Below, one piece after another: positions 34,183 to 45,274 of a stretch of DNA of 64,000 bases. Every line of letters begins with the position of its first letter. The stretch's first letter is position 1. The stretch spans positions 1,671,200-1,735,199 of the forward strand of contig CBDBCA010000002.1 of the NCBI GenBank assembly GCA_965202835.1, in the 5' to 3' direction. The notes beneath the pieces were generated by a model, which had not been told where the DNA came from, searched no databases, and saw only the letters and a list, made by a program, of their open reading frames with translations. Position numbers and translations under genes: made by a program. Source of the stretch: Alphaproteobacteria bacterium. Its GTDB lineage: Bacteria; Pseudomonadota; Alphaproteobacteria; MPNO01.

Positions 34183-35316
34183 TCAACCGTCTTCCAATTC
34201 CCGCCCGTCATCGCGCAAGACGCCCTCTAGGTGAGCACTAAGCAGCCTCCATCGCTGGCCTACACGCTCAAGATCGCCTACGAGCACAACCGGCGCCTGA
34301 TCCCTGTGGGCTTGAACCGCGCGCTCGTATTCCGTCTGTTCCAGGACTGCCGTGACCGACTGCAATTGCCCGTCGATTTCGGTACGGAGCCTGATCGTTC
34401 CGTCGGCATCTTCCTCTCCGCGTTCCAGGATGCGAACGAAGCCATGGAGACGCATGTCGAGTTTTGGAGCACGCTCGCGAAGCGAGCGCGCAGCCTCGCG
34501 CAGCAGCGCCGCGTCCGCCTGTCCGAAACGGACAATCCGCGGCATTGGCGTTGGCCGTGTCAGAGCCCACGAGACACGAATGTCCAGCTTGGGGAACGGT
34601 TCGATGATCTGCACCAGCGCCTCGCACAGATTGGCGCTCACGCCGTTGCTCACCGTCTCACCGAAGACGCCGCCATCGCCGGCAACCGTCCGTTCCACCG
34701 CATGACGCGCCGCGGCAAGCGCCTCGACAAGCCGCCTCGTCATTTGACGGGCGATTGGCGCGTCGAGATCAACCGGTTCCTCGAACAAAGTTGGAATGGG
34801 CGGCGGGACAACCGGTGTCAGCAGCGTCACCACGAAGCTGCCTTGGTCCGTCTGCCCGAGCCGCATCGACCGCAGCAGCTCCACCGCGTCCCTATTCGCG
34901 CCAGCGCGGTATACCGGCCGCGTTTCGTGAAGCGAGCACGCCGCCGACAACACCATGTCACGGGCGCCTTCGACAAGGTTCACGCCGTCGTTCAACCCGA
35001 GACTGCCGTCATCGCTCTCCGCCGCTCGAATACGAATTACGTCGCGATCCGCTGTCACCAGCGAGCGGTACACGGTCAACGCGTCTTGTTCGGCAACCTG
35101 CGCGAATGTCTCGATCAGCGCCGCCACTACGCTCGCATAGTCCCCTAGGCGCTCCGTACGCGGAACGATGATCTCCGGCAGCGTATCGCTGATATAGATG
35201 TCGGAATGCTCGCGGTACGAGCCGTGATGGCTCCAGCCTGCGACACGGGCGTAGGCAGACAGCGCTGCCGGTGAAATCGTCAGCAACGCCTCGCGGTCGT
35301 GAATGCTGACTCGCAT
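34183..35316 (-). CDS. Hypothetical 377-aa protein inside the RM operon
   Basis: Long ORF with 1-nt overlap to DUF4365 and 7-nt gap to hsdR; no family recognised. Confidence 0.8.
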   Translation of the reverse strand: MRVSIHDREALLTISPAALSAYARVAGWSHHGSYREHSDIYISDTLPEIIVPRTERLGDYASVVAALIETFAQVAEQDALTVYRSLVTADRDVIRIRAAESDDGSLGLNDGVNLVEGARDMVLSAACSLHETRPVYRAGANRDAVELLRSMRLGQTDQGSFVVTLLTPVVPPPIPTLFEEPVDLDAPIARQMTRRLVEALAAARHAVERTVAGDGGVFGETVSNGVSANLCEALVQIIEPFPKLDIRVSWALTRPTPMPRIVRFGQADAALLREAARSLRERAPKLDMRLHGFVRILERGEEDADGTIRLRTEIDGQLQSVTAVLEQTEYERAVQAHRDQAPVVLVGDLERVGQRWRLLSAHLEGVLRDDGRELEDG

Positions 35317-35816
35317 CAGAGTTCTCCAGTCCTGGAACGTTCCATCAGCTCTCGCAAAGTCTCGACACTGAGCACGTTCTTTTCGGGGATATGAACGGTG
35401 ACGGCCTCCTGACCTGTGATTTCCTCATGATCCCGTTGCAGGTTCAGCCAGTAGGCGCGCCGCCGCAGAACGAGCTTCTCTCTGGTCACAGCCATCCACC
35501 GCGCCTCGTCTGCCGGAAGTTCCAGCACCACGAGCAGCCGCGGTGTCTGTGTCTCGATGCGGAGATCGTTATAGTTTTTCATGGACAATCGAAACCGCAG
35601 GACGCCGTCTCGTGCGTCGCCGATGCTGGCCGTGGCCTTGAGTTGTAGGTCAAGTGCCGGGCGGTACGCACCTCCCGCCTGAATCCGCAGGTCCACGCTG
35701 TCCCGGTCGGGCTGCGGTACAGAGATCGAATAGCCCGCACGCACCGCCAGAGCCTTGGCATAAACGAGAGACAGGCCCTCCTTTTGATCGGGACCGGTGA
35801 GCAGGCCATCAGTCAC
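35316..35816 (-). CDS. DUF4365 PD-(D/E)XK-like nuclease-fold protein
   Basis: D.DSVD...LQLKAT, KNYNDLR, PRLLVVL, AYW..L. Confidence 0.82.
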   Translation of the reverse strand: MTDGLLTGPDQKEGLSLVYAKALAVRAGYSISVPQPDRDSVDLRIQAGGAYRPALDLQLKATASIGDARDGVLRFRLSMKNYNDLRIETQTPRLLVVLELPADEARWMAVTREKLVLRRRAYWLNLQRDHEEITGQEAVTVHIPEKNVLSVETLRELMERSRTGEL

Positions 35817-37429
35817 GTAATTTCTCCGACAAGCCGTTCGGCGTCGGGAACACGAATTTCGCCAGAGACGAGTTTTGGGAGAAGCATATCGCGAAGTGCG
35901 GCGAGGGGCCTGTTACTGTGAATGTTGGCAACAATACGGTCCAGCATCGGCCCAACTATATTCTGAAACGCCTGTGTTACCGGTTCGACCGGAAGACATA
36001 TCTCGTATCGGCTCATTATTTTCCAGCTTGTTCGTGGCATTTTCGTGCCCGTCGACGTATGATCTGTGTATTTTACGAATTCCACAGAAGACACCAAGGC
36101 CAATACGAACGCGGACCACGAGGTATTTTTTGGAGCTACAACTACAATGTCCGTGGAACAAATGCCTTCGACAGGTGCTAGGCCGACCTTGTGGAAATAG
36201 GGTCTGAGTTTGCCAAAAAGAACTTCCCCCTTTCTGAACGCGGATTTATTGCTCGTAACCTTTTCAGAACTCTCCCATTCTGTAAGCGCAATGGAATGCC
36301 GAGGCATATGTTCAAGACCGATATACGATGTGCCGGCGCATACTTCAGTTGGATTGACACTTCTGCGCGGAGAACCGGCGACATCATCTAGACAACCGAC
36401 TTCCCACCCCTCCGGTATCTTGTCGAGTTCGGAGTCGACGAGCCGGTCGGGGAAGAGGTCGGCGATGTGCTGGGGGAGGCCAGTGTCGCGGCCTTCCATC
36501 TTGGCGCGGACGGGATCGAAATCGACGAACCACGACTTGAACAGGGCGCGAGCCATCGCCTCCAGCGTCTCGTTCATGCGTCGGTTCAGCTCGATCTTTT
36601 CGTCTAGAGTGCCGAGAATGTGGGCGATGGCGCGCTGTTCGCAATCGGAAGGGACTGGTACTTCCACAAGCCCAATATCTGCCTTTCGCAATCCAAACCT
36701 AGTGATGCCGTTGGCGTACGCGTGAAACTGATGCTGAATGGGTGTTGTCGTAAGTGTGTAATACAAATAGGGGCCGTATACATGCTCCGATGGCCTTAGT
36801 ATCGCCAGATGATAACCACATACCAAATTTTCAATTTCTTCTCTAACTAACGCAGGAACACCAATATCGTCGTGTTTTTCAGAGTCTTTTGTGATAATTA
36901 CATCGTTTAATTGCAAGGTACATTTCTCTATTTCTCGCTCCGAAGCGGTGGCCCCCATGAAATTCATGTCTGCACGAATGAAGCTGTTATAGTAGACGTC
37001 CGTGTAATTGCAAAGAAGCACGTTGCTTTCGGTTGGAGCTATTTTCTTGTCGACACTGCTAAGTCGGACGTCGACTAAATCCGCTAAGGGCCGACTTCGC
37101 CATTTGCTTGCTGTCTGATGTCCTGTGAACAACACCACATGTTCTGCCTTGATCTGTTCACGAAACTGATCGGACACTTCATCCCAGACGAACAGGTCCA
37201 CCCGGAAGGGTAGGTCGCTTTCTTCCAACGCTTGCTGCAGGTCGCGCACACGGCGAGCTTGTTCCGGTGGTGCGAACACCACTATGTCGAGATCGGATTG
37301 CGGCCGCGAGGTCCACTTGGCACGCGACCCGTAGACCCAGGCGGCCGTGCCCGGCAGATGCCGTTCGAGCAATGCTAGGATGGTCCTACGCTGCCCGGCG
37401 GTTATGTCGATGGCGCTGTCTATTCCCAT
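35813..37429 (-). CDS. hsdS: MNT nucleotidyltransferase-HsdS fusion (type I specificity subunit)
   Basis: N-terminal about 100 aa with YGSRAKWTSRPQSDLD and LPFRVDL; then TRD1, EQRAIAHILGTLDEKIELN, IPEGW, TRD2, LRDMLLPKLVSGE. Confidence 0.92.
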   Translation of the reverse strand: MGIDSAIDITAGQRRTILALLERHLPGTAAWVYGSRAKWTSRPQSDLDIVVFAPPEQARRVRDLQQALEESDLPFRVDLFVWDEVSDQFREQIKAEHVVLFTGHQTASKWRSRPLADLVDVRLSSVDKKIAPTESNVLLCNYTDVYYNSFIRADMNFMGATASEREIEKCTLQLNDVIITKDSEKHDDIGVPALVREEIENLVCGYHLAILRPSEHVYGPYLYYTLTTTPIQHQFHAYANGITRFGLRKADIGLVEVPVPSDCEQRAIAHILGTLDEKIELNRRMNETLEAMARALFKSWFVDFDPVRAKMEGRDTGLPQHIADLFPDRLVDSELDKIPEGWEVGCLDDVAGSPRRSVNPTEVCAGTSYIGLEHMPRHSIALTEWESSEKVTSNKSAFRKGEVLFGKLRPYFHKVGLAPVEGICSTDIVVVAPKNTSWSAFVLALVSSVEFVKYTDHTSTGTKMPRTSWKIMSRYEICLPVEPVTQAFQNIVGPMLDRIVANIHSNRPLAALRDMLLPKLVSGEIRVPDAERLVGEIT

Positions 37430-37836
37430 GTCTCGCCGGTCATCGTCTGGTATAAGCCGATGGCGTCGTCGATGAAGTCGGGCATCAGGGTCAGGCAGGC
37501 TTTGGCCTTTTCGGCGTCGTAGTCGTGCGACGTGTCGATGCGCGCCTCGGCATACAGCAACCATTGTTCCAGAGGAGAGGCGAACAGGCCGTTCTCGTGA
37601 GCCAGCCTGATGAGAGGCTTGGGGCTGTTCGGGGGCTCCGCGATTCCCAGCCCCTCGTTCAAATGCCGTCTCAACACCTTCCATAGACAGTCGTAACAGG
37701 TCTCGAATCGCTGGATGACCGATTCGGCTATGCCCTCCCGCATCAACTCCGGCAGCGCCTGATCCAGAGTCCGGTGGTTATCGTGCTGGTCCTCCAGACG
37801 CTTCAGGGACAGCCGGAATTTGTCGTAGTCGATCAT
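37420..37836 (-). CDS. HEPN toxin (HI0074 nucleotidyltransferase substrate-binding family)
   Basis: IQRFETCY..WK, SPK..IR.A, RIDTSHDY (RX4HXY). Confidence 0.9.
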   Translation of the reverse strand: MIDYDKFRLSLKRLEDQHDNHRTLDQALPELMREGIAESVIQRFETCYDCLWKVLRRHLNEGLGIAEPPNSPKPLIRLAHENGLFASPLEQWLLYAEARIDTSHDYDAEKAKACLTLMPDFIDDAIGLYQTMTGETWE

Positions 37837-37861
37837 GGCTGTCTGTTATGTTTCTTGACGG

Positions 37862-39454
<1,593 letters not shown>

Positions 39455-39566
39455 GCCCGATTTTATCAGCTATCGAACGCGGCGTATCCCGCTCGCGAAT
39501 ACTTTCCGGCCCCGGGTTCCCGGCCGCGCCCCGCTCGCCCCCGCCCTTGGGCGGCGATGCGCCTCC

Positions 39567-40847
39567 CTACGAATCCGCCCCGGCCCGGCGGTAGAGGGAC
39601 TTCAGCGTGGTCCGCCAGTCGACGTTCTCGTCGACCACGCGTTCGATGGCGCGGATGCCGTAATAGCTCGGCGCGACGCCCGGCGGGTCCTCGTCGGGCG
39701 CCGGGCTCCTGAGCCGGCCGAGCAGGATGCGCCGCGTGGCGATCACCGCCGCGTCGGTGGTGCCGAGGTTCTCCTTCGACCGGTCGACGATCGGCCCCAT
39801 GCTCTCCTGCACCGCGTGGTCCTGATTGTTGATCCCGTCGATGCCGCTATAGGTCTCGGTCTTCTGCACGCCGCGGTCGATCAGCCAGTCGACGTCGCGG
39901 TTGCGCAGCTTGCGGTGCCGGTCGCCGATTTCGCCCGGCGCGCGGCCGCGGCTCCATTCGAGGATCTCGCGCTCCCGCTCGCCCAGCGCGTCCTCGCCGT
40001 ATCTGCCGATCCAGTTGTAGACCATGGTGTTCTCGTCATCCATCGGCACGAAGATATGGCCGTTGACGATCGGCCGCAGGGTCTCGCCGTCGCCGCCGAG
40101 CTCGAACGGGAAGAAGGTGTGACACGGCATCACCCAGTGATAGACCTTGACCCACTTCCTGCCGCCCGGCATCGGCCGGATCGAGGCGTAGACATGGCCG
40201 TAATCGGTGACCTCGACCTCGTCGCGGAGCGGCACCGGCACGGTCCAGAGCCCGCTCAGCCCGGCGCGCCCGGTATCCGGGGTCAGCGTGGTGTGGAGCG
40301 CCGAGGCGTGCGCGCTGTCGATCCCGCCCTCCAGCGCCTGCAGCCAGTTGCACTCCTGCCAGGTGCGGGTGACGACGCGCTGGTCCTCGCGCAGCCCGGT
40401 CCATTCGAAGCAGGGCGGGGCGGGCGGCTCGCCGTCGCCGAGAAAGGCCCAGACCACCCCGCCAAGCTCGACCGTGGGGTAGGCGGCGAGCCGGATGCGG
40501 GATTTGAAGTCGCTCCCGGCCGGCTCGGTCGGCATGTCGACGCAGCGGCCGCGCGCGTCGTATTTCCAGCCGTGATAGACGCAGCGGAGCCCCGATTCCT
40601 CGTTGCGGCCGAGGAACAGCGAGACCCGGCGGTGGGCGCAGAACTCGTCCACCAGCCCGATACGGCCGGCCGTGTCGCGGAACGCCACCAGCGGCTCGCC
40701 GAGCAGCCGGACGCGGACCGGCGGGCCGTCGGGCTCGGCGATCTCGTGGGCGAGCAGGGCGGGGAGCCAGTAGCGGCGCATCAGCCTCCCGAGCGGCGTC
40801 GCCGGGCCGACCCGGGTGACGAGTTCGTTGTCTTCCCGGGACAGCAT
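39567..40847 (-). CDS. Rieske oxygenase (phthalate 4,5-dioxygenase/LigX type)
   Basis: MLSREDNELVTRVGP, CAHR, CVYHGW, NWLQALEGGIDSAH. Confidence 0.92.
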   Translation of the reverse strand: MLSREDNELVTRVGPATPLGRLMRRYWLPALLAHEIAEPDGPPVRVRLLGEPLVAFRDTAGRIGLVDEFCAHRRVSLFLGRNEESGLRCVYHGWKYDARGRCVDMPTEPAGSDFKSRIRLAAYPTVELGGVVWAFLGDGEPPAPPCFEWTGLREDQRVVTRTWQECNWLQALEGGIDSAHASALHTTLTPDTGRAGLSGLWTVPVPLRDEVEVTDYGHVYASIRPMPGGRKWVKVYHWVMPCHTFFPFELGGDGETLRPIVNGHIFVPMDDENTMVYNWIGRYGEDALGEREREILEWSRGRAPGEIGDRHRKLRNRDVDWLIDRGVQKTETYSGIDGINNQDHAVQESMGPIVDRSKENLGTTDAAVIATRRILLGRLRSPAPDEDPPGVAPSYYGIRAIERVVDENVDWRTTLKSLYRRAGADS

Positions 40848-40852
40848 CGCCG

Positions 40853-42586
40853 TCAGCCGCCTTGCATCTCCGCGCGCAGCGCCCCGGTCGCCGCCTCGTC
40901 GACCGCGCGGCCGCCCTCCGCCGCTACCACGCCGTAGACCTCGCGCATCGTTCGCTCCGACACGATGCCGTCGCGGAAGTCCCTGAGCACGCTCGCCGGG
41001 TCGCGCTCCAGCGGGTCGCCCCAGCCGCCGCCGCCGGGCGATTGCGTCACGAAGCGCACCGGCCCGGTCGATTCCAGCCCGAACTTGGGGGCCTTCCGCG
41101 TCTTCCCGTCTTCGAAGCGGAGATGCATGTGGCCGGGCGCCCCCGCGCCGCCGCCGTTCACCCCATAGCCGGTCTCGTATTCGAGCCCCTCGCCCCGGAA
41201 GGAATGGGTCGCGTCGGTCAGGATCTCGACCTCGTAATCGGCGCCCGAGCCGCCGCGCCAGCGGCCCGGCCCGGCGGCATCCTCGCGGAACTCCTGGCGG
41301 TGGAACAGGACCGGGTAGAGCTGCTCGTAGACCTCGACATTGGGCATGGTGAGCCCGCCCAGCGTGCAGACATGGCCGATCTGGTTGAACCCGTCGCGCC
41401 CGTCGACCGCCCCCGCGCCGGCCGCCGCGGCGCCGTGATAGAAGACGTAGCGGTTGCCGTTCGCCTCGCGCCCGACCGAGATCCCGAACACGTTCTTGGC
41501 CCAGCCGGCGCAGCCCCGCGCCGGGTCGGCCTGGGCGAGCGCCTTCCACACCGCGTGGATGATCTCGTGGGCGAAGAAGACGGTGCACATCGTGGTCGGC
41601 GCGCCCTCCTCGGCGTTGACGATGGTGCCCTCGGGCGCGGTAATCTCGACGCAACGGAACGCGCCCTCGTTATGCGGCAGCGAGGGGTCGAGGAACGAGG
41701 CGAGCGCGGTGTAGACCGCCGAATGGGTGTTGCCGAGGGACGAGTTCTTGAACCCCCGGATCTGGTCGTCGGTGCCGGTGAAGTCGATGCCGAGCCGGTC
41801 GCCCTCGATCGTCGCCCTGACCCGCACCGTCACGTCGCGCAGCTCGAAGCAGTCGTTGTCCGAGCGGTCCTCGGCCTCGTAGACCCCGTCCGGCATCTTG
41901 GCGATCTCGGCGCGGACGCAGCGGTCGGCATGGTCGAGCACGCCGGTGAAGTAGTCGAGCGCGGTCCCGGGCCCGAGCTCGTCGGCCAGGGCGGCGACCC
42001 GCTCCATGCCGATCCGGGTCGAGCCCAGCATCGCCCGCAAATCCCCGTCCAGCAGATGCGGCGTCCTGGTGTTCAACATCAGCAACTTCCAGAGGTCGTC
42101 GCGCATCGTGCCGGCCTCGACCAGGCGCAGGACCGGCAGGCGGATGCCCTCGTGGAACACCTCGGTGGCGGACGGGTTGTAGGCGCCCGCCGCGCCGCCG
42201 CCGATATCGGACTGGTGCGCCCGGTTGCAGGTGAGCCCGACGAATTCCCCGCCGGCGTAGATCGGCCGCGCGATCACCCAGTCCGGCAGATGGTTGCCGC
42301 CGGCCTGCCAGGGGTCGTTGAGGAGGTAGACGTCGCCCTCCTCCATGACCTCGCCGAAATCGCGCAGGATCGCGCGCACCCCGAACCCGCCGCTCCCGGT
42401 ATGGATCGGGATTCCGTCGGCCTGGCTCACCACCTCGCCGTTGGGCCCGGCGATGAAGCAGGAGAAGTCATGCGCCTGGCTGAAGATCGGGCTGCGGGCG
42501 GTGCGGACCATCACCCAGCCCATCTGGTGCGAGATGTGGTCGAGCCGGTTCTGGGTCAGCGCCAGGATGACGGGGTCGAGTTGCAT
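40853..42586 (-). CDS. Hydantoinase B/oxoprolinase family protein
   Basis: RTARSPI, NDPW..GNHLPD, HQSDIGG, PGGGGWGDP. Confidence 0.92.
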   Translation of the reverse strand: MQLDPVILALTQNRLDHISHQMGWVMVRTARSPIFSQAHDFSCFIAGPNGEVVSQADGIPIHTGSGGFGVRAILRDFGEVMEEGDVYLLNDPWQAGGNHLPDWVIARPIYAGGEFVGLTCNRAHQSDIGGGAAGAYNPSATEVFHEGIRLPVLRLVEAGTMRDDLWKLLMLNTRTPHLLDGDLRAMLGSTRIGMERVAALADELGPGTALDYFTGVLDHADRCVRAEIAKMPDGVYEAEDRSDNDCFELRDVTVRVRATIEGDRLGIDFTGTDDQIRGFKNSSLGNTHSAVYTALASFLDPSLPHNEGAFRCVEITAPEGTIVNAEEGAPTTMCTVFFAHEIIHAVWKALAQADPARGCAGWAKNVFGISVGREANGNRYVFYHGAAAAGAGAVDGRDGFNQIGHVCTLGGLTMPNVEVYEQLYPVLFHRQEFREDAAGPGRWRGGSGADYEVEILTDATHSFRGEGLEYETGYGVNGGGAGAPGHMHLRFEDGKTRKAPKFGLESTGPVRFVTQSPGGGGWGDPLERDPASVLRDFRDGIVSERTMREVYGVVAAEGGRAVDEAATGALRAEMQGG

Positions 42587-42612
42587 GGCGAACAGAACCG
42601 TCCTTTCAAGTT

Positions 42613-42706
42613 CGTCATGGTCGGCGAAGGCCGACCATCCACGAGTTTTTAGAGCGGGCGGGCGGAAAAACAAAACGTGGATGGTCGGCCTTCGCCGACC
42701 ATGACG
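42613..42706. repeat. REP-like doublet, family A
   Basis: Same arms as 12324; lies between the hydantoinase A and B genes. Confidence 0.9.
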
Positions 42707-42734
42707 GGAGGGGGCCAAGGGAAGGAAGTCCCAT

Positions 42735-44816
42735 CTACCCCGTCTCCACGAAGTCGATCAGGTAGTTGTCGAGCCGGTCCACCGCCGCCCGCTCGCCGGA
42801 GCCGACGACGACGGTGGTGGTCTCCTCCTCGATCACCGCCGGGCCGTCGACGAAGTGGCCGGGCACCAGAGCGGCGCCGTCATGGATCGCGGTGTCGAGG
42901 AAGCCGCCGGTGGCCTCGTCGTAGACCGGGCGCGTCGACACCGGCTCCGCCCGCCGCTCGTGCGTCTCGAAGACGATCTCGGCCAGCGGCGGCAGCTTGC
43001 CGATGCCGACCACCCGGAGGTTGGAGACGACGATCCGCCCGCCCGGGTTGGTGTGACCGTATTGCCGGTCGTACTCGGTCTCGAAGGCGGCGCGGATCTC
43101 GTCGGGCGAGGCGTCGGGCGCGAGCGCCACCCGCACGTCCCATTGCTGGCCCTCGTAGTGCAGGTCGAGCTCGTGGCCGAAGCGTGTGTCGCCCGGCTCG
43201 AACCCCTCGCGGCGGAGCGCGTCCGCCCCCTGCGCCTCCAGCGCCGCGTAGCCCTCGGCCAGCGCCCCGGCCACGCGATCGCCGAGCTCGCGCATCACCA
43301 CCTGGACGAAATCGCGGCGCACGTCGGCGTGCTGCATCCCGATCGCGCAGAACGCGCCCGCCTGGCGCGGGATGTAGACCGCGCGGGCTCCCAGCATCCG
43401 CCCCACGCTCGCCCCGTGCATCGGCCCCGCCCCGCCGCAGGCGACGAGAATAAAGCGGCCCGGGTTGTAGCCGCGCTGGATCGAGATGCGCTCGACCGCG
43501 TGCAGCAGGTTCTGCTCGACGATCCGGATGATGCCGGCCGCGGCCTCGGCGAGCGGGATGCCGAGCGGCTCGGCGACCTTCTCCGCGACGGCGCGCTCGG
43601 CGGCTTCGAGATCGAGCGTGACCGAGCCCCCCGCGTAAGGCCCGGGCCGCAGCCGGCCCAGCACCAGATGCGCGTCGGTGACGGTGGGGAGCGTCCCGCC
43701 GAGCCCGTAGGAGGCCGGCCCCGGCCGCGCGCCGGCGCCCCGCGGCCCGGCATACATCATCCCGGCGCCGTCGATGCCGGCGATGGTGCCACCGCCCGCG
43801 CCCACGGTGTGGATGTCGACCGAGGGCGTCACCAGGTCGTAATCGGCGACCGAGAGCGAATCCGTGATCGCGACGCGGCCCTCGCTCATCAGCATCACGT
43901 CGCAGCTCGTCCCGCCGATCTCCATGCTGACGAGATTCCCCTCGCCGAGCCCCTTGGCGAGGTGCTGGATCGCGCCGACGCCCGCCGACGGACCCGACAG
44001 CAGCAGATTGACCGGCTGCTCGATGAGCTGGTCGAGCGAGGCCGCGCCGCCGTTGCTCTGCAGCATCAGGAGCCGGGTCTTGAGCCCCAGCGCCGCGAGC
44101 CGGTCGGCCAGCGCGGCGAGGTAGTCGGCGACGCGCGGCATGACATAGGCGTTGACCGCGATGGTCGAGACGCGCTCGTACTCGCCCATGATCGGCACGA
44201 TGTCGGCCGAGACCGAGACCCAGCGGCAGAGACCGGACCGGCGCACCACCTCGGCGACGGCGTGCTCGTGCGCCGGGTTCTTGAAGCTGTTGATCAGGCA
44301 GACCGCGACCGAGTCCACGCCTTCGGCGCGGAAGGTCTCGATGGCCGCGCGCGCGTCGTCGAGCGCGACCGGCTCGATCTCGCCCCCGTCGGCGCCGATC
44401 CGCCCGCGGACGGGCAGGCGGAGATAGCGCGGCACCAGCACGGGCGGGTAGGGGGTGCGGTGGTCCCACGGGTCCTTGCGCAGGCCGCGGCGCGCCTCGA
44501 GCGAGTCGCGGAACCCGGCCGTCGTCAGCAGCCCGACGCGCCCGCCCTTGCCCTCCAGCAGCGTGTTGGTCGCCACCGTCGAGCCGTGCAGAAAGAACGC
44601 GCAATCGCCGAGGAACGCCGCGAGCGGGAGCCCGAGCGCCGCGCATGCCTTCTCCAGCGCCGCGATCGCCCCCGCGCCCGGGTCCTCCGGCACCGACGGC
44701 ACCTTGAACACCGCCGTCCGCCCTCCCGCGTCGGCGACCACGAGATCGGTGAACGTCCCCCCGACGTCGACGCCGACGCGCCAGGGGGGTGCGGTGAGGC
44801 CGTGCGTTGCGTTCAT
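42735..44816 (-). CDS. Hydantoinase A/oxoprolinase family protein
   Basis: DVGGTFTD, HGSTVATN, SGPSAG, GGTSCD, GAGGG. Confidence 0.93.
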   Translation of the reverse strand: MNATHGLTAPPWRVGVDVGGTFTDLVVADAGGRTAVFKVPSVPEDPGAGAIAALEKACAALGLPLAAFLGDCAFFLHGSTVATNTLLEGKGGRVGLLTTAGFRDSLEARRGLRKDPWDHRTPYPPVLVPRYLRLPVRGRIGADGGEIEPVALDDARAAIETFRAEGVDSVAVCLINSFKNPAHEHAVAEVVRRSGLCRWVSVSADIVPIMGEYERVSTIAVNAYVMPRVADYLAALADRLAALGLKTRLLMLQSNGGAASLDQLIEQPVNLLLSGPSAGVGAIQHLAKGLGEGNLVSMEIGGTSCDVMLMSEGRVAITDSLSVADYDLVTPSVDIHTVGAGGGTIAGIDGAGMMYAGPRGAGARPGPASYGLGGTLPTVTDAHLVLGRLRPGPYAGGSVTLDLEAAERAVAEKVAEPLGIPLAEAAAGIIRIVEQNLLHAVERISIQRGYNPGRFILVACGGAGPMHGASVGRMLGARAVYIPRQAGAFCAIGMQHADVRRDFVQVVMRELGDRVAGALAEGYAALEAQGADALRREGFEPGDTRFGHELDLHYEGQQWDVRVALAPDASPDEIRAAFETEYDRQYGHTNPGGRIVVSNLRVVGIGKLPPLAEIVFETHERRAEPVSTRPVYDEATGGFLDTAIHDGAALVPGHFVDGPAVIEEETTTVVVGSGERAAVDRLDNYLIDFVETG

Positions 44817-44936
44817 GCTTCGGGACGGTTCATCAGTATGCTGACAGTTAAGGCAGGAGCCTATGGCGGGGCGGCTTCCGGTTCAAGGGGAGTGTAGCAG
44901 GAGCGGAAGGGCGGGGAGAGGGAAGCGGTCCGGGTC

Positions 44937-45239
44937 TCAGAGCAGGTCGCCCGGATCGACGTCCAGAATCCTGGCGATGGCGGCGAGAGTGCGCAGCGAA
45001 CCGGTACGCTTGCCGGTCTCGATCTGCGACAGGTAGACGGGATCGATTCCCGCCGCCTCCGCCAGCCGCTTCTGCGTCATGCCGCGGTACGTCCGATACA
45101 CCCGGATCGGGCTTTCCCCGGAAAGCAGGCGGTCGACGACTTCTGCCGGGAAGAGCTCGCCGCCGTCGGCCCTGGCCTCGTCGTAGAGCGCCTCGTCGCT
45201 GGGCAGGATTTGTGGCGTCGTCAACGTGGAAGCTCCCAT
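44937..45239 (-). CDS. XRE-family HTH protein, probably N-terminally truncated
   Basis: SPIRVYR.YRGMTQ..LA..AGI...YLSQIETGKR. Confidence 0.75.
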   Translation of the reverse strand: MGASTLTTPQILPSDEALYDEARADGGELFPAEVVDRLLSGESPIRVYRTYRGMTQKRLAEAAGIDPVYLSQIETGKRTGSLRTLAAIARILDVDPGDLL

Positions 45240-45274
45240 CCGTACCAACCCGCGCCGCTCGATATTCGACCTTC

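Noticed and set aside
37430-37684. HsdS ORF extension to 37684 (triple HEPN-MNT-HsdS fusion)
   Set aside because: HEPN is in a different frame with its own stop; the extension is a shadow of it. ATG 37429 fits the MNT start.
42587-42718. N-terminal extensions of hydantoinase B, the dioxygenase beta subunit and threonine dehydratase through REP DNA
   Set aside because: Each has a well-placed downstream ATG matching the family start, unlike the YCF48 case.
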